A stretch of DNA of 64,000 nucleotides from an uncultured Spirochaetota bacterium (GTDB taxonomy: Bacteria; Spirochaetota; Spirochaetia; SZUA-6; Fen-1364): contig CAVUXE010000052.1 of the NCBI GenBank assembly GCA_963745235.1, forward strand, positions 128,001 to 192,000, written 5' to 3'. Under the pieces are notes generated by a model. That model ran no database searches and was not told the DNA's origin. It saw only the letters and a list, made by a program, of their open reading frames with translations. Below are positions 1 through 7,934 of the stretch, one piece after another. The translations under genes and the position numbers were made by a program. Each line of letters starts with the position of its first letter. Positions within the stretch are counted from its first letter, which is position 1.

Positions 1-464
1 ATGGGGAGGATCGTGTTGGACACCACACGGTGAGGATACTCCAACGGCAAATCCCCGGCCATAGTTCTGCGCGCCACGAAAAGGTCCACCATCCGCGACA
101 GCCTCTGGGCGTCCTTCCACGACGGGAAGCCTTCCACGAGGTCATCCCCGATCAGGAACCCCGGCTTCTCTTTCAGGCCCAGCCTGTCCACGAGCTCCTC
201 CACGGTATCTATGGAGTATGAGGGTCCGCCTCGCTTGATCTCGCTCTCCACGACTCGAAACTCGGGATATCCCCTCACGGCCCGGCGGAGCATCTCCAGG
301 CGGTGCACGGCGGGCAGGATTGGGGACGGGTCTTTGTGAACGGGCTGGTTCGCCGGGACGAAGATGGCCGCGTCATAGCCGAAAGCGCTCCTCACCTCTT
401 CCGCGACAAAGAGATGTCCAAAGTGAACCGGGTTGAAGGTGCCGCCCAATATGACCGCTCTCAC
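1..464 (-). CDS. nadD: nicotinate-nucleotide adenylyltransferase (3' end outside window)
   Basis: Manual translation from GTG at 464 gives MRAVILGGTFNPVHFGHL (HxGH motif) and later FLIGDDLVEGFPSWK; GTGA overlap with the obg stop. Confidence 0.9.
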   Translation of the reverse strand, partial: MRAVILGGTFNPVHFGHLFVAEEVRSAFGYDAAIFVPANQPVHKDPSPILPAVHRLEMLRRAVRGYPEFRVVESEIKRGGPSYSIDTVEELVDRLGLKEKPGFLIGDDLVEGFPSWKDAQRLSRMVDLFVARRTMAGDLPLEYPHRVVSNTILP

Positions 465-1501
465 GAGCGACCCCCCGGGCCCTCGGTTCGCGAAACTGCT
501 CCCGCCTGCTGCCTGCCGGCCTCTCCGACCAGGCCGAGAATGGCTTTCTTCAGCTCCACGATCCCCGTGCGCGCGAAGGCAGAAACAGTCAGGATCCTGT
601 CGCCGGGGAAGGCCTTCTGGAGGGCAGCAAGGCCGTCCGCGGCAGTTTCCATGTCTCCCTTTGTCCCGACGATCAAGCGGGGCCGGGATGCCAGCTCCTT
701 CGAGTAGAGGGCGAGCTCCTTTTCAAGGGTTGCCACCGCGGACGGACAGTCAGTGCCGCCGAGGTCCACGAGGAAAAGCAGGGCAGCGCACCGCTCGATA
801 TGTCTCAGGAATCGGAGGCCCAGCCCGCGCCCCTGCGACGCCCCGTCGATTATGCCGGGGATGTCGGCAAGGATGAGATCCCGTTCCGCGAGCCGAAGCA
901 GCCCGAGGTTGGGAGTCTTGGTCGTAAAGGGGTAGTCCGCGATAAGCGGGTGCGCGTTTGTGAGCAGGGAAAGAAGGGTTGATTTTCCAGCGTTGGGCAG
1001 GCCCACGAATCCCACGTCTGCGATGAGGTGAAGCTCCACCCGTACCTCGCGGCTTTCACCTTCCACGCCCTTCTGCGCATAGCGCGGGGCCTGGTTGATC
1101 GAGGTCGCGTAGTGCGAGTTGCCTTTCCCCCCGCGGCCGCCGCGCAGGAAGATGAAGCGGTCCCCATCCCGCGTGAGGTCAGCGAGGAGCTCGTTGGACT
1201 CCTTGTCCCGAACGATTGTGCCGGGAGGAACGGCGATCTCGACATCCCGGCCGTCCTTGCCGAACATGCGCTGCCCGGCCCCGCGCTTGCCGTCTTCCGC
1301 CTTGAACACCCGCTTGAGCTTGAGGTGGGAAAGGGTTTTCAGGTTCGACCTGACCGCAAAGACGACGTTCCCTCCCCTTCCTCCGTCACCGCCGTCCGGT
1401 CCGCCCCGCGGAACGTACTTTTCACGGCGAAAGGAGACCGCCCCGTCGCCACCGCTGCCGGACGAGACGACAATTGTTGTCTCATCCACGAAGCCGTTCA
1501 C
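461..1501 (-). CDS. obgE: GTPase ObgE/CgtA
   Basis: FVDE..GSGGDG..FRREKYVPRGGPDGGDGG N-terminus; GLPNAGKS, YPFTT and DIPG G-motifs. Confidence 0.97.
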   Translation of the reverse strand: MNGFVDETTIVVSSGSGGDGAVSFRREKYVPRGGPDGGDGGRGGNVVFAVRSNLKTLSHLKLKRVFKAEDGKRGAGQRMFGKDGRDVEIAVPPGTIVRDKESNELLADLTRDGDRFIFLRGGRGGKGNSHYATSINQAPRYAQKGVEGESREVRVELHLIADVGFVGLPNAGKSTLLSLLTNAHPLIADYPFTTKTPNLGLLRLAERDLILADIPGIIDGASQGRGLGLRFLRHIERCAALLFLVDLGGTDCPSAVATLEKELALYSKELASRPRLIVGTKGDMETAADGLAALQKAFPGDRILTVSAFARTGIVELKKAILGLVGEAGRQQAGAVSRTEGPGGRS

Positions 1502-1507
1502 AAGGGC

Positions 1508-1762
1508 TCAGCTCTGCGTGGGGTGGATGGCGACGAAGCTCCTTCCCTTTCTTGTGTGAAACACGACCTGGCCGTCCGAGAGAGCGAAGAGGGTGTCATC
1601 ACTCCCCCGCCCCACCAGGTCCCCGGGGTGGAACTTCGTACCCCTCTGGCGGACGATGATGGTGCCCGCCGTCACCTGCTGTCCGGCGTACCGCTTGATC
1701 CCCAGCCTCTTGGCCTGCGAATCTCGTCCGTTCTTTGCCGCTCCGCCCTTCTTGCGACCCAT
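1508..1762 (-). CDS. rpmA: 50S ribosomal protein L27
   Basis: [33 protein letters not shown]. Confidence 0.98.
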   Translation of the reverse strand: MGRKKGGAAKNGRDSQAKRLGIKRYAGQQVTAGTIIVRQRGTKFHPGDLVGRGSDDTLFALSDGQVVFHTRKGRSFVAIHPTQS

Positions 1763-1763
1763 T

Positions 1764-2096
1764 TCAATCCTCCGTCATTTCTACCCGAAGAGCGATCTGA
1801 TCCGGGAACTCTGTCTGCAGATCGCTCATTCCACGCACCAGGAAATCCGTCACACCCCGCAGCCACTCGCCCCTTCCCTCCCCGTCGTCTCTCAGGACCA
1901 TGGCCATGTCTCCCGGTGGGCCTTTCGACCCGCCGGCCACGACGCCCCGGGCCGTGCACACCCGGCCGGTTGTGCGAAGGAGCGCGGTTGCCGCGGCGCA
2001 CGCTATGTTCCTCCCCAGGTCCCCTCCGGTGTGCCCCTGCGCCTTGAATCCGCGAAGGAGCTGGTCCCTCGAAACCTGGAGCAGGATCCGCAACAC
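1764..2096 (-). CDS. prp: ribosomal-processing cysteine protease Prp (YsxB family)
   Basis: Lies between rplU and rpmA; GH-x-G..NIACAA motif with His and Cys retained. Confidence 0.8.
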   Translation of the reverse strand: MLRILLQVSRDQLLRGFKAQGHTGGDLGRNIACAAATALLRTTGRVCTARGVVAGGSKGPPGDMAMVLRDDGEGRGEWLRGVTDFLVRGMSDLQTEFPDQIALRVEMTED

Positions 2097-2101
2097 CGCC
2101 G

Positions 2102-2419
2102 CTACGTCAGGCCGTTGATGGCCTCTACCGTGATCAGGGAAAACTCCCGCCGGTGGCCGTAGCGCCGGCGATAGTTCTTCTTCTTCTTGTACTTGCCGAA
2201 CACCAGCTTGCGGTCACGCCCGTGATCCGTCACCACGGCGTGCACGCTGGCGCCGGCGAGGTACGGGCTGCCGATCCGCGCCTTGTCTCCGTCCGAGACC
2301 ATGAGCACCGAGGGGAAGTCGATCGCGCTTCCTTTTTCCTGGACAACGTGGTCTACCTTGAGAACGCTGCCCGGTTCCACCTTGTACTGCTTGCCGAGAA
2401 TGTCCACGAGAGCATACAT
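2102..2419 (-). CDS. rplU: 50S ribosomal protein L21
   Basis: MYALVDILGKQYKV..KYKKKKNYRRRYGHRR; start placed at ATG 2419. Confidence 0.96.
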   Translation of the reverse strand: MYALVDILGKQYKVEPGSVLKVDHVVQEKGSAIDFPSVLMVSDGDKARIGSPYLAGASVHAVVTDHGRDRKLVFGKYKKKKNYRRRYGHRREFSLITVEAINGLT

Positions 2420-2526
2420 GTTCGTCAACCTCTGATAGCGCGGCCGCCCCGCGCCGACATCACATCACGAGCTTCACCACGGACGCCCGCTCCCGGGCGC
2501 TACGGATTGCCGTGAGATTCAGCGGC

Positions 2527-2557
2527 TACACTAACTGCTTTGGGTGCTGCTGGTCAA
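2527..2557 (-). promoter_or_regulatory. putative sigma70 promoter of the rplU operon
   Basis: TTGACC-N18-TAGTGT on the minus strand, about 100 nt upstream of rplU. Confidence 0.4.
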
Positions 2558-2612
2558 GTACTGCGTCGGGCGGATGTCGGGCGGGCTGCCTGCGTCGGGC
2601 AAGGGCGGGTTG

Positions 2613-3071
2613 TCAGTTCTCCTCGTCGGAGGCGGTCATGAGGAACTTGAGCTCCTCCGGGGACACCATGTGCTCTTCTTCGGGTGCGCCCTGCCCGCGG
2701 CCCGCAAGAAGCTCCCTGATCTCCGCGATGTCCTTCTCATGAGAGTCGCGAATGGCGCGCAGCCGTTCCGTCGAATCCGCCACGTGCTGCGCAAAGGGCA
2801 CACGCTTGCCCAGGAGCCCGTCGATTGCTTCGATGAAGGCCCTCTTCACCTTCTGGATCTCCCGCAGGTGCTCCTGGCGTTTGACGAACAGGGAGCTCGC
2901 GGCAAGGCTCTGGTACACTTTTGCAATCATCGCGTCAGCCCAGGCAATGTCTCCGAGGACCCTCTCGCGGAAGAACTCCGGATCTATCTCCAGCTTGAGG
3001 ATGTCTTGAAGGCAGCGCACCTGCAGGGCGAGGCTGAAGATATCGTCTTCGTAGTTGATCTTTCTGGTCAT
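2613..3071 (-). CDS. hypothetical helical protein
   Basis: 152-aa ORF with ATG start, protein-like composition and acidic C-terminus; no motif recognised. Confidence 0.75.
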   Translation of the reverse strand: MTRKINYEDDIFSLALQVRCLQDILKLEIDPEFFRERVLGDIAWADAMIAKVYQSLAASSLFVKRQEHLREIQKVKRAFIEAIDGLLGKRVPFAQHVADSTERLRAIRDSHEKDIAEIRELLAGRGQGAPEEEHMVSPEELKFLMTASDEEN

Positions 3072-3117
3072 TGCTGTTGCTGTCTTATTGTGATGATCGG
3101 CGCGACCGTTCAGTCAC

Positions 3118-3145
3118 TTGACAGACTCCTCCCCCCGGCTATGGT
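3118..3145 (+). promoter_or_regulatory. putative sigma70 promoter of the rpsF operon
   Basis: TTGACA-N16-TATGGT, 100 nt upstream of the rpsF ATG. Confidence 0.55.
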
Positions 3146-3190
3146 GCCTCGTGCATCGGCGCGGTATTCCCGCGCCCTGCTACAAGTATA

Positions 3191-3236
3191 TCCTCTTTGC
3201 TCGTCCTTGTGGCGAGCCGTCAGTCCAGAGGGAGGA
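3191..3236 (+). ncRNA. S6:S18 ribosomal protein leader (cis-regulatory RNA)
   Basis: TCCTCTTT-GCTCG-loop-CGAGC-CG-TCAGTCC-AGAGGGAGGA: inner hairpin, CCG at the internal loop, outer stem pairing with the SD, directly before rpsF. Confidence 0.65.
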
Positions 3237-3245
3237 ACGACAGGA

Positions 3246-3528
3246 ATGAAGGCTTACGAAGCAGTTGTGATCTTTTCGAGTGATGACGCCCAGTACCAGG
3301 CGGGGCGCGAGTTCCTGAAAAAGGAGTTCGAAGGCTCAGGGATCACCATCAAGAAAGAAGACGACATGGGGGACCGCCTGCTCGCCTACCCCGTGAGGAA
3401 GAACGACCGGGGCCATTACATCTGCTACCACATCGACAGCGCTGCCGGAGCCGCTCAAGACGCTTTCCAAGACCATGAAGCTGAGGCCGGAGATACTGAA
3501 ATACCTGTTTGTCCGCCAGGACAGCTAA
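3246..3528 (+). CDS. rpsF: 30S ribosomal protein S6 (one apparent +1 indel near 3444)
   Basis: MKAYEAVVIF..MGDRLLAYPVRKNDRGHY, then continues in the next frame as PEPLKTLSKTMKLRPEILKYLFVRQDS*. Confidence 0.93.
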
Positions 3529-3546
3529 GCTCCCCGGGGAGACGGT

Positions 3547-3989
3547 ATGGCAGACATCAACCATGTAGTTCTCGTGGGCCGTCTGACCAGGAACGCGGAG
3601 CTCAAGTACACAAACAGCGGCGCCGCGGTCAGCAAGTTCAGCATCGCCATCAACCAGAGACGCAAGAAGGACGACCAGTGGGTGGATGAGTCCCACTTTT
3701 TCGACATCGTCCTCTGGGGAAAAACCGCGGAATCACTCAACCAGTACCTGGTCAAGGGAAAGCAGGTCGGAATCGAGGGCCAGCTTCGCCAGGACCGGTG
3801 GGAGCAGGAAGGCCAGTCCCGAAGCAGGGTGGAGATCTTTGCCACGAACGTCATGCTTCTTGGAGGCGGCGGGAGGGGCCAGGGGGCGGTCGCCAGGCCG
3901 GGCCGGCCCCTGAATCGAAGGGCGGAGGAGGGGGAGATTTCCCCGAAGCTCCTCCCCGCGAGAATTTTGAGGACGATATCCCATTCTAG
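3547..3989 (+). CDS. ssb: single-stranded DNA-binding protein (indel near 3900)
   Basis: DINHVVLVGRLTRNAELKYT OB fold; acidic tail FEDDIPF* is in another frame ending at 3989. Confidence 0.95.
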
Positions 3990-4011
3990 ATGAGAGAGAG
4001 GACGGAAGCAT

Positions 4012-4431
4012 ATGTCGGATAACCAGGAAAATACTGCAAATCGGGCTCCGCGCCCCGCGGAGGGCGGTCCTGTCGGAGACAGGGGCGGGGATCGTCCGGA
4101 AGGCGGCCCGGGTCCCCGGCGGGAAGGCGGCTATCGCCCGGATTCGGACAGGGGCGGTCCGCGCGGTGACAGGGGGGATCGCGGCGAACGGGGCGGCTTC
4201 GCCGGCCGCGGACGGCACAAGACGTTCTTCAAGCGGAAGGTGTGCAAGTTCTGCATCAAGAAGGCCACCATCGACTGGAAGGACGCGGGAGGCCTGAAGC
4301 GCTTCACGTCGGAGCGCGGAAAGATCATGCCGCGCAGGATCACGGGGACATGCGCCAAGCACCAGAGAGAGCTTGCGCGCGCCATCAAGCGCGCCCGAAG
4401 CCTCGCCCTTCTTCCCTACGTGTCGAAATAG
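4012..4431 (+). CDS. rpsR: 30S ribosomal protein S18 with long Gly/Arg-rich N-terminal extension
   Basis: [30 protein letters not shown] (Zn-binding type). Confidence 0.96.
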   Translation: MSDNQENTANRAPRPAEGGPVGDRGGDRPEGGPGPRREGGYRPDSDRGGPRGDRGDRGERGGFAGRGRHKTFFKRKVCKFCIKKATIDWKDAGGLKRFTSERGKIMPRRITGTCAKHQRELARAIKRARSLALLPYVSK

Positions 4432-4466
4432 GGGCCTGGGCAGAAACCTTTCCGGCCCAGAGTCGA

Positions 4467-5534
4467 ATGCTCCAGAGATCCGCGGGGGGACGTTTCCTCG
4501 AAGTATTCCTCTTCACGCTCTCGTCGCTCGTCCTGTACCACATCGGGATCGGCGTCGGGGTGTTCCTCATTCCCTTGCAGGTCGTGGCGTCGCGACGCGG
4601 TGAAAACACCCTGCTCGCCGCGTGCGGGCTTTTCCTGCTTGTTTTTCTTGCCCTGCGTTTTCTTCCGTTTCTCGGGGGGCAGCTGCAACCGGATGTTCTC
4701 ACGATTGTTGAGATCATTTTTGTTCTTTCCCTCCTTCTCGGTCTTCTTGCTTGTGAACCTCCCCTGCGCGCAGGGCAGCGAACCCTCTTCAGGCTCCTGG
4801 GGGTGACCGCAGTTGCGGGTCTGGCCGCCATTCCCCTGGCCGTCTGGTTGGCGAGGAACGCCCAGTTCCAGGCTGCAATGGGGACCGCTTTCACTGAAGT
4901 GTCGCGGATGCTCACCTCCCTGTTCACGGGCGAAGCGGAAACGACGGCAGACCCCGCGCTCGCCGCAATCCTGCTTCCCCGTCCGCCCTTCAAAAGATGT
5001 CGAGTGCATATCTTTCCCGGAGCCTCCTGGCATTCTATTTCGCCTGCTCTCATTTTCCTGGTGGGCGGGACAGACCTCAGCGTCGCGTGCGGCGTGGGCC
5101 AGCGCAGAGGCGGTTTCGATTTTGCGGATTTCCGCCTGGAGGGCTTCTGGCTGTGGCCCTTGATCGCCGCCTGGGCCCTCATCCTGCTGGATCTTTTCCT
5201 GCACGCGCAGGGCTTCGGGCGGGCTGCGTCCGGCACGTCGCAGGGGATGACGGCGGACAGCGGAAGCCCCTTCTGGATCTACTGCGCATGGAACGTGGGC
5301 CTTGTCGTACTGATTCTCTACGGGCTCCAGGGGCTCTCCATCCTGCGCTTTCTTTTCGAAAAGCATGGTCTCCCGCGCCTTCTCTGGCTGATCCTCCTGG
5401 TCGGGCTGATTGCGCTTGCCGCGTCGCCGAAGGCAGGATTACTGGTCATCGTGGCGCTTCCCGCGTTCGGCGTGTCGGAGAACTGGATACGATACCGCAT
5501 TGCGGCAGAAAGAGAGCCGAATGCATCAGAGTGA
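4467..5534 (+). CDS. DUF2232/YybS-like membrane protein (compensating indels around 4970-5100)
   Basis: Multi-TM protein with YGLQGLSI motif and a G..ENW..YR C-terminus; conserved position between rpsR and rplI. Confidence 0.7.
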   Translation: MLQRSAGGRFLEVFLFTLSSLVLYHIGIGVGVFLIPLQVVASRRGENTLLAACGLFLLVFLALRFLPFLGGQLQPDVLTIVEIIFVLSLLLGLLACEPPLRAGQRTLFRLLGVTAVAGLAAIPLAVWLARNAQFQAAMGTAFTEVSRMLTSLFTGEAETTADPALAAILLPRPPFKRCRVHIFPGASWHSISPALIFLVGGTDLSVACGVGQRRGGFDFADFRLEGFWLWPLIAAWALILLDLFLHAQGFGRAASGTSQGMTADSGSPFWIYCAWNVGLVVLILYGLQGLSILRFLFEKHGLPRLLWLILLVGLIALAASPKAGLLVIVALPAFGVSENWIRYRIAAEREPNASE

Positions 5535-5591
5535 AAAAGACTCCGCGGCAACGGCCGCGGCAAGGCATTCAACTGAAAGGAGAAGACCGGC

Positions 5592-6194
5592 ATGAAGGTG
5601 ATTCTCAACCAGGACGTCATAGGACTCGGTGAAGAGGGCGACATCAAGGACGTGGCCAACGGCTACGCCCGCAATTTCCTCCTCCCGAAGAAGCTCGCCG
5701 TTCTCCACACGCGGCAGAACCTCGCCATGCTCGAGCACAGGCGGACGGCAATCGAAAACAGGAAAGAAGAGAAGAGGAAAGAGGCGCAGGGCCTTCGCGA
5801 GCGGCTCGAAGCCCAGGAGATCAAGTTCGCCGTGCCCGCCGGAGAGAACGGCAAGCTCTTCGGTTCCGTGAACAATACCCTTGTCGCCGTGGAGCTCGAG
5901 AAGAAAGGCTTCCAGATCGAGAAGAAGCGCATCGAGATCCCGGAGCACACCATCAGGGCCGTCGGGATATACAAGGTGAAGGTGAAGCTGTACGACAAGG
6001 AAGAGGCGGTGATCAAGCTGATCGTCGAAGGGGCCGCCCAACCGGGGGCCGCGCCGGCGGAGGCCAAGCCCCGGCAGAGAAGGACACGAGCGACCCCAGA
6101 GCCCGCCGCTGCGTCGGAGCAGGCTGGTCCGGCGGCGCCGCCGGCCGCGCCGCCGGCCGCCGAGCAGCCCTCTGAGAAGGCCGACACGAAGTAG
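5592..6194 (+). CDS. rplI: 50S ribosomal protein L9 with Ala/Pro-rich tail
   Basis: MKVILNQDVIGLGEEGDIKDVANGYARNFLLP, GKLFGSV. Confidence 0.97.
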   Translation: MKVILNQDVIGLGEEGDIKDVANGYARNFLLPKKLAVLHTRQNLAMLEHRRTAIENRKEEKRKEAQGLRERLEAQEIKFAVPAGENGKLFGSVNNTLVAVELEKKGFQIEKKRIEIPEHTIRAVGIYKVKVKLYDKEEAVIKLIVEGAAQPGAAPAEAKPRQRRTRATPEPAAASEQAGPAAPPAAPPAAEQPSEKADTK

Positions 6195-6222
6195 AGGGGC
6201 CCGGCCCCAGGAGGCGGATGCC

Positions 6223-7551
6223 GTGAGCGGGGCAATGAATCCCGTCAACCTCAGGGATGCCGTTCCGTCCCACAACGAGGAGGCGGAGCTGGCGACCCTC
6301 GGCGCCGTGCTGATAGACTCCGAGGCGCTGTCCTCCGTCGTCCACCTGGTGCGCTCGGAGGACTTCTACAAGGGCGCGCACCAGCGAATCTATGAGGCCA
6401 TCCTCTCTCTGTTCGACAGAGGTCAGTCCATTGACCTCATTACCCTTGCGGAGGAGCTGCGCGCCCGCGGCACCCTGGAGCAGTGCGGAGGCGCGGCCTA
6501 CGTCTCTCGCCTCACCTCCTCCGTCCCGACAAGCGCAAACGTCGAGTACTACGCCCGCATCGTCCAGGCCGCCAGCATTCGCCGGACCCTTGCACGCGTC
6601 TCCCAGGAGATCATCGCCCAGGCCCATGACAATTCCGCGGAAATCAGCGTCATCCTGGAGGAAGCGGAGAGAAGGATCTTCGAGATCTCGGACCGCAACC
6701 AGACCGGGACCTACTATCCCGCCAAGGAGATCGTCAAACAGACCTTCGACGCCATCGAGAAGCACTACCACTCGAAGACCGAGTACACGGGGATCCCATC
6801 CGGGTTCAAGGATCTGGACCAGCTGACAATGGGCTTCCAGAACTCCGAGTTCATCGTCATCGGCGCCCGCCCCTCCGTCGGGAAAACCGCTTTTGCCCTC
6901 ACCATCGCCGCCAACATGGCCATCCGGCAGAAGATTCCCGTTGGCTTCTTTTCCCTTGAAATGTCCAGCATGGCAATCATGCAGCGCCTCCTCAGCATGG
7001 AGGCCCGGCTGGATTCGCAGCGGATGCGCACGGGGATGCTCAGCCCGGCGGATTTCAGCCGCATCACGGAGGCGTGCGGAAGGCTCTACGAGGCGCCGCT
7101 GTACATCAGCGATTCACCGGACCTGAAGCTCCTGGACCTGCGCGCGCAGGCGCGGAGAATGAAGAGCCACCAGGACGTGAAGATCATCTTCGTGGACTAC
7201 ATCACGCTGATCGGGTCCGAGAACAGGGAGCTGCCGCGGCATGAGCAGATTGCGGAGGTCTCGCGGTCCCTCAAGGCACTGGCCAGGGAGCTGAACCTCC
7301 CCGTCATTGCCCTTTCGCAGGTCCGCCGTGAGACGGAAGGGAAGAAGCCCAACCTTGCCGACCTGAGGGAGTCCGGCTCCATCGAGCAGGATGCGGATGT
7401 CGTCATCTTCCTTCACACGGAGGACCTGAAGGCGGAAGTTCGGGAGATTGCCGTCGCCAAGCAGAGAAACGGGCCCGTCGGTGACCTTGCCCTGGCGTTC
7501 CTGGCGAAGTACACTAAGTTCGAGGCGTTGGAGCGAGGATCCGGCCTGTAG
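6223..7551 (+). CDS. dnaB: replicative DNA helicase
   Basis: GARPSVGKT Walker A, FSLEM, VDYITL, ALSQ, DLRESGSIEQDAD, KQRNGP. Confidence 0.98.
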   Translation: MSGAMNPVNLRDAVPSHNEEAELATLGAVLIDSEALSSVVHLVRSEDFYKGAHQRIYEAILSLFDRGQSIDLITLAEELRARGTLEQCGGAAYVSRLTSSVPTSANVEYYARIVQAASIRRTLARVSQEIIAQAHDNSAEISVILEEAERRIFEISDRNQTGTYYPAKEIVKQTFDAIEKHYHSKTEYTGIPSGFKDLDQLTMGFQNSEFIVIGARPSVGKTAFALTIAANMAIRQKIPVGFFSLEMSSMAIMQRLLSMEARLDSQRMRTGMLSPADFSRITEACGRLYEAPLYISDSPDLKLLDLRAQARRMKSHQDVKIIFVDYITLIGSENRELPRHEQIAEVSRSLKALARELNLPVIALSQVRRETEGKKPNLADLRESGSIEQDADVVIFLHTEDLKAEVREIAVAKQRNGPVGDLALAFLAKYTKFEALERGSGL

Positions 7552-7561
7552 GTTGAATGCA

Positions 7562-7852
7562 ATGGCTTTGAAAGACACGTACGATTTCGACATGCTGGTG
7601 AACGAGGCGGAGGGCCTTGTCCTGACGGAGCTGGAAGCGCAGATGTCCCGCAGCAAGGGGCTGTGCACATGCCAGGACTGCGTGCTGGACATGGCGGCGT
7701 ACGCATTGAACAAGGTGAGGCCATCATACAGGGCATCCCTGATGGGCAGCGTGTACGCAAAGGGGGCGGCCCGGCCGGACTACCTGCGGGAGATCTCGGT
7801 GGCCGTCCGGGAAGCAGTGGAGAAAATACGGGCCAACCCGTCACACGACTAG
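7562..7852 (+). CDS. ComFB-family protein (putative cyclic dinucleotide receptor)
   Basis: N-x-x-E..CTCQDCVLDMAAYALN..P.Y..V..NPSH pattern typical of ComFB. Confidence 0.8.
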   Translation: MALKDTYDFDMLVNEAEGLVLTELEAQMSRSKGLCTCQDCVLDMAAYALNKVRPSYRASLMGSVYAKGAARPDYLREISVAVREAVEKIRANPSHD

Positions 7853-7934
7853 CAAGCGCCTGTCGTTAGAGGGTGCGGCGAGCTGACAGCCAACGCCGCG
7901 CCCTGGCCCCAGGCACCTTGGCCCCCGGAGCCGG

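Noticed and set aside
2429-2526. Possible L21 leader RNA upstream of rplU
   Set aside because: Small GC hairpins are present, but I cannot match them to a known model by eye.
3246-5534. Frameshifts in rpsF, ssb and the DUF2232 gene, and the long 2544-3689 ORF apparently fusing into rpsF
   Set aside because: Single indels restore canonical proteins; the long ORF is a by-product of the error plus GC-rich open frames.
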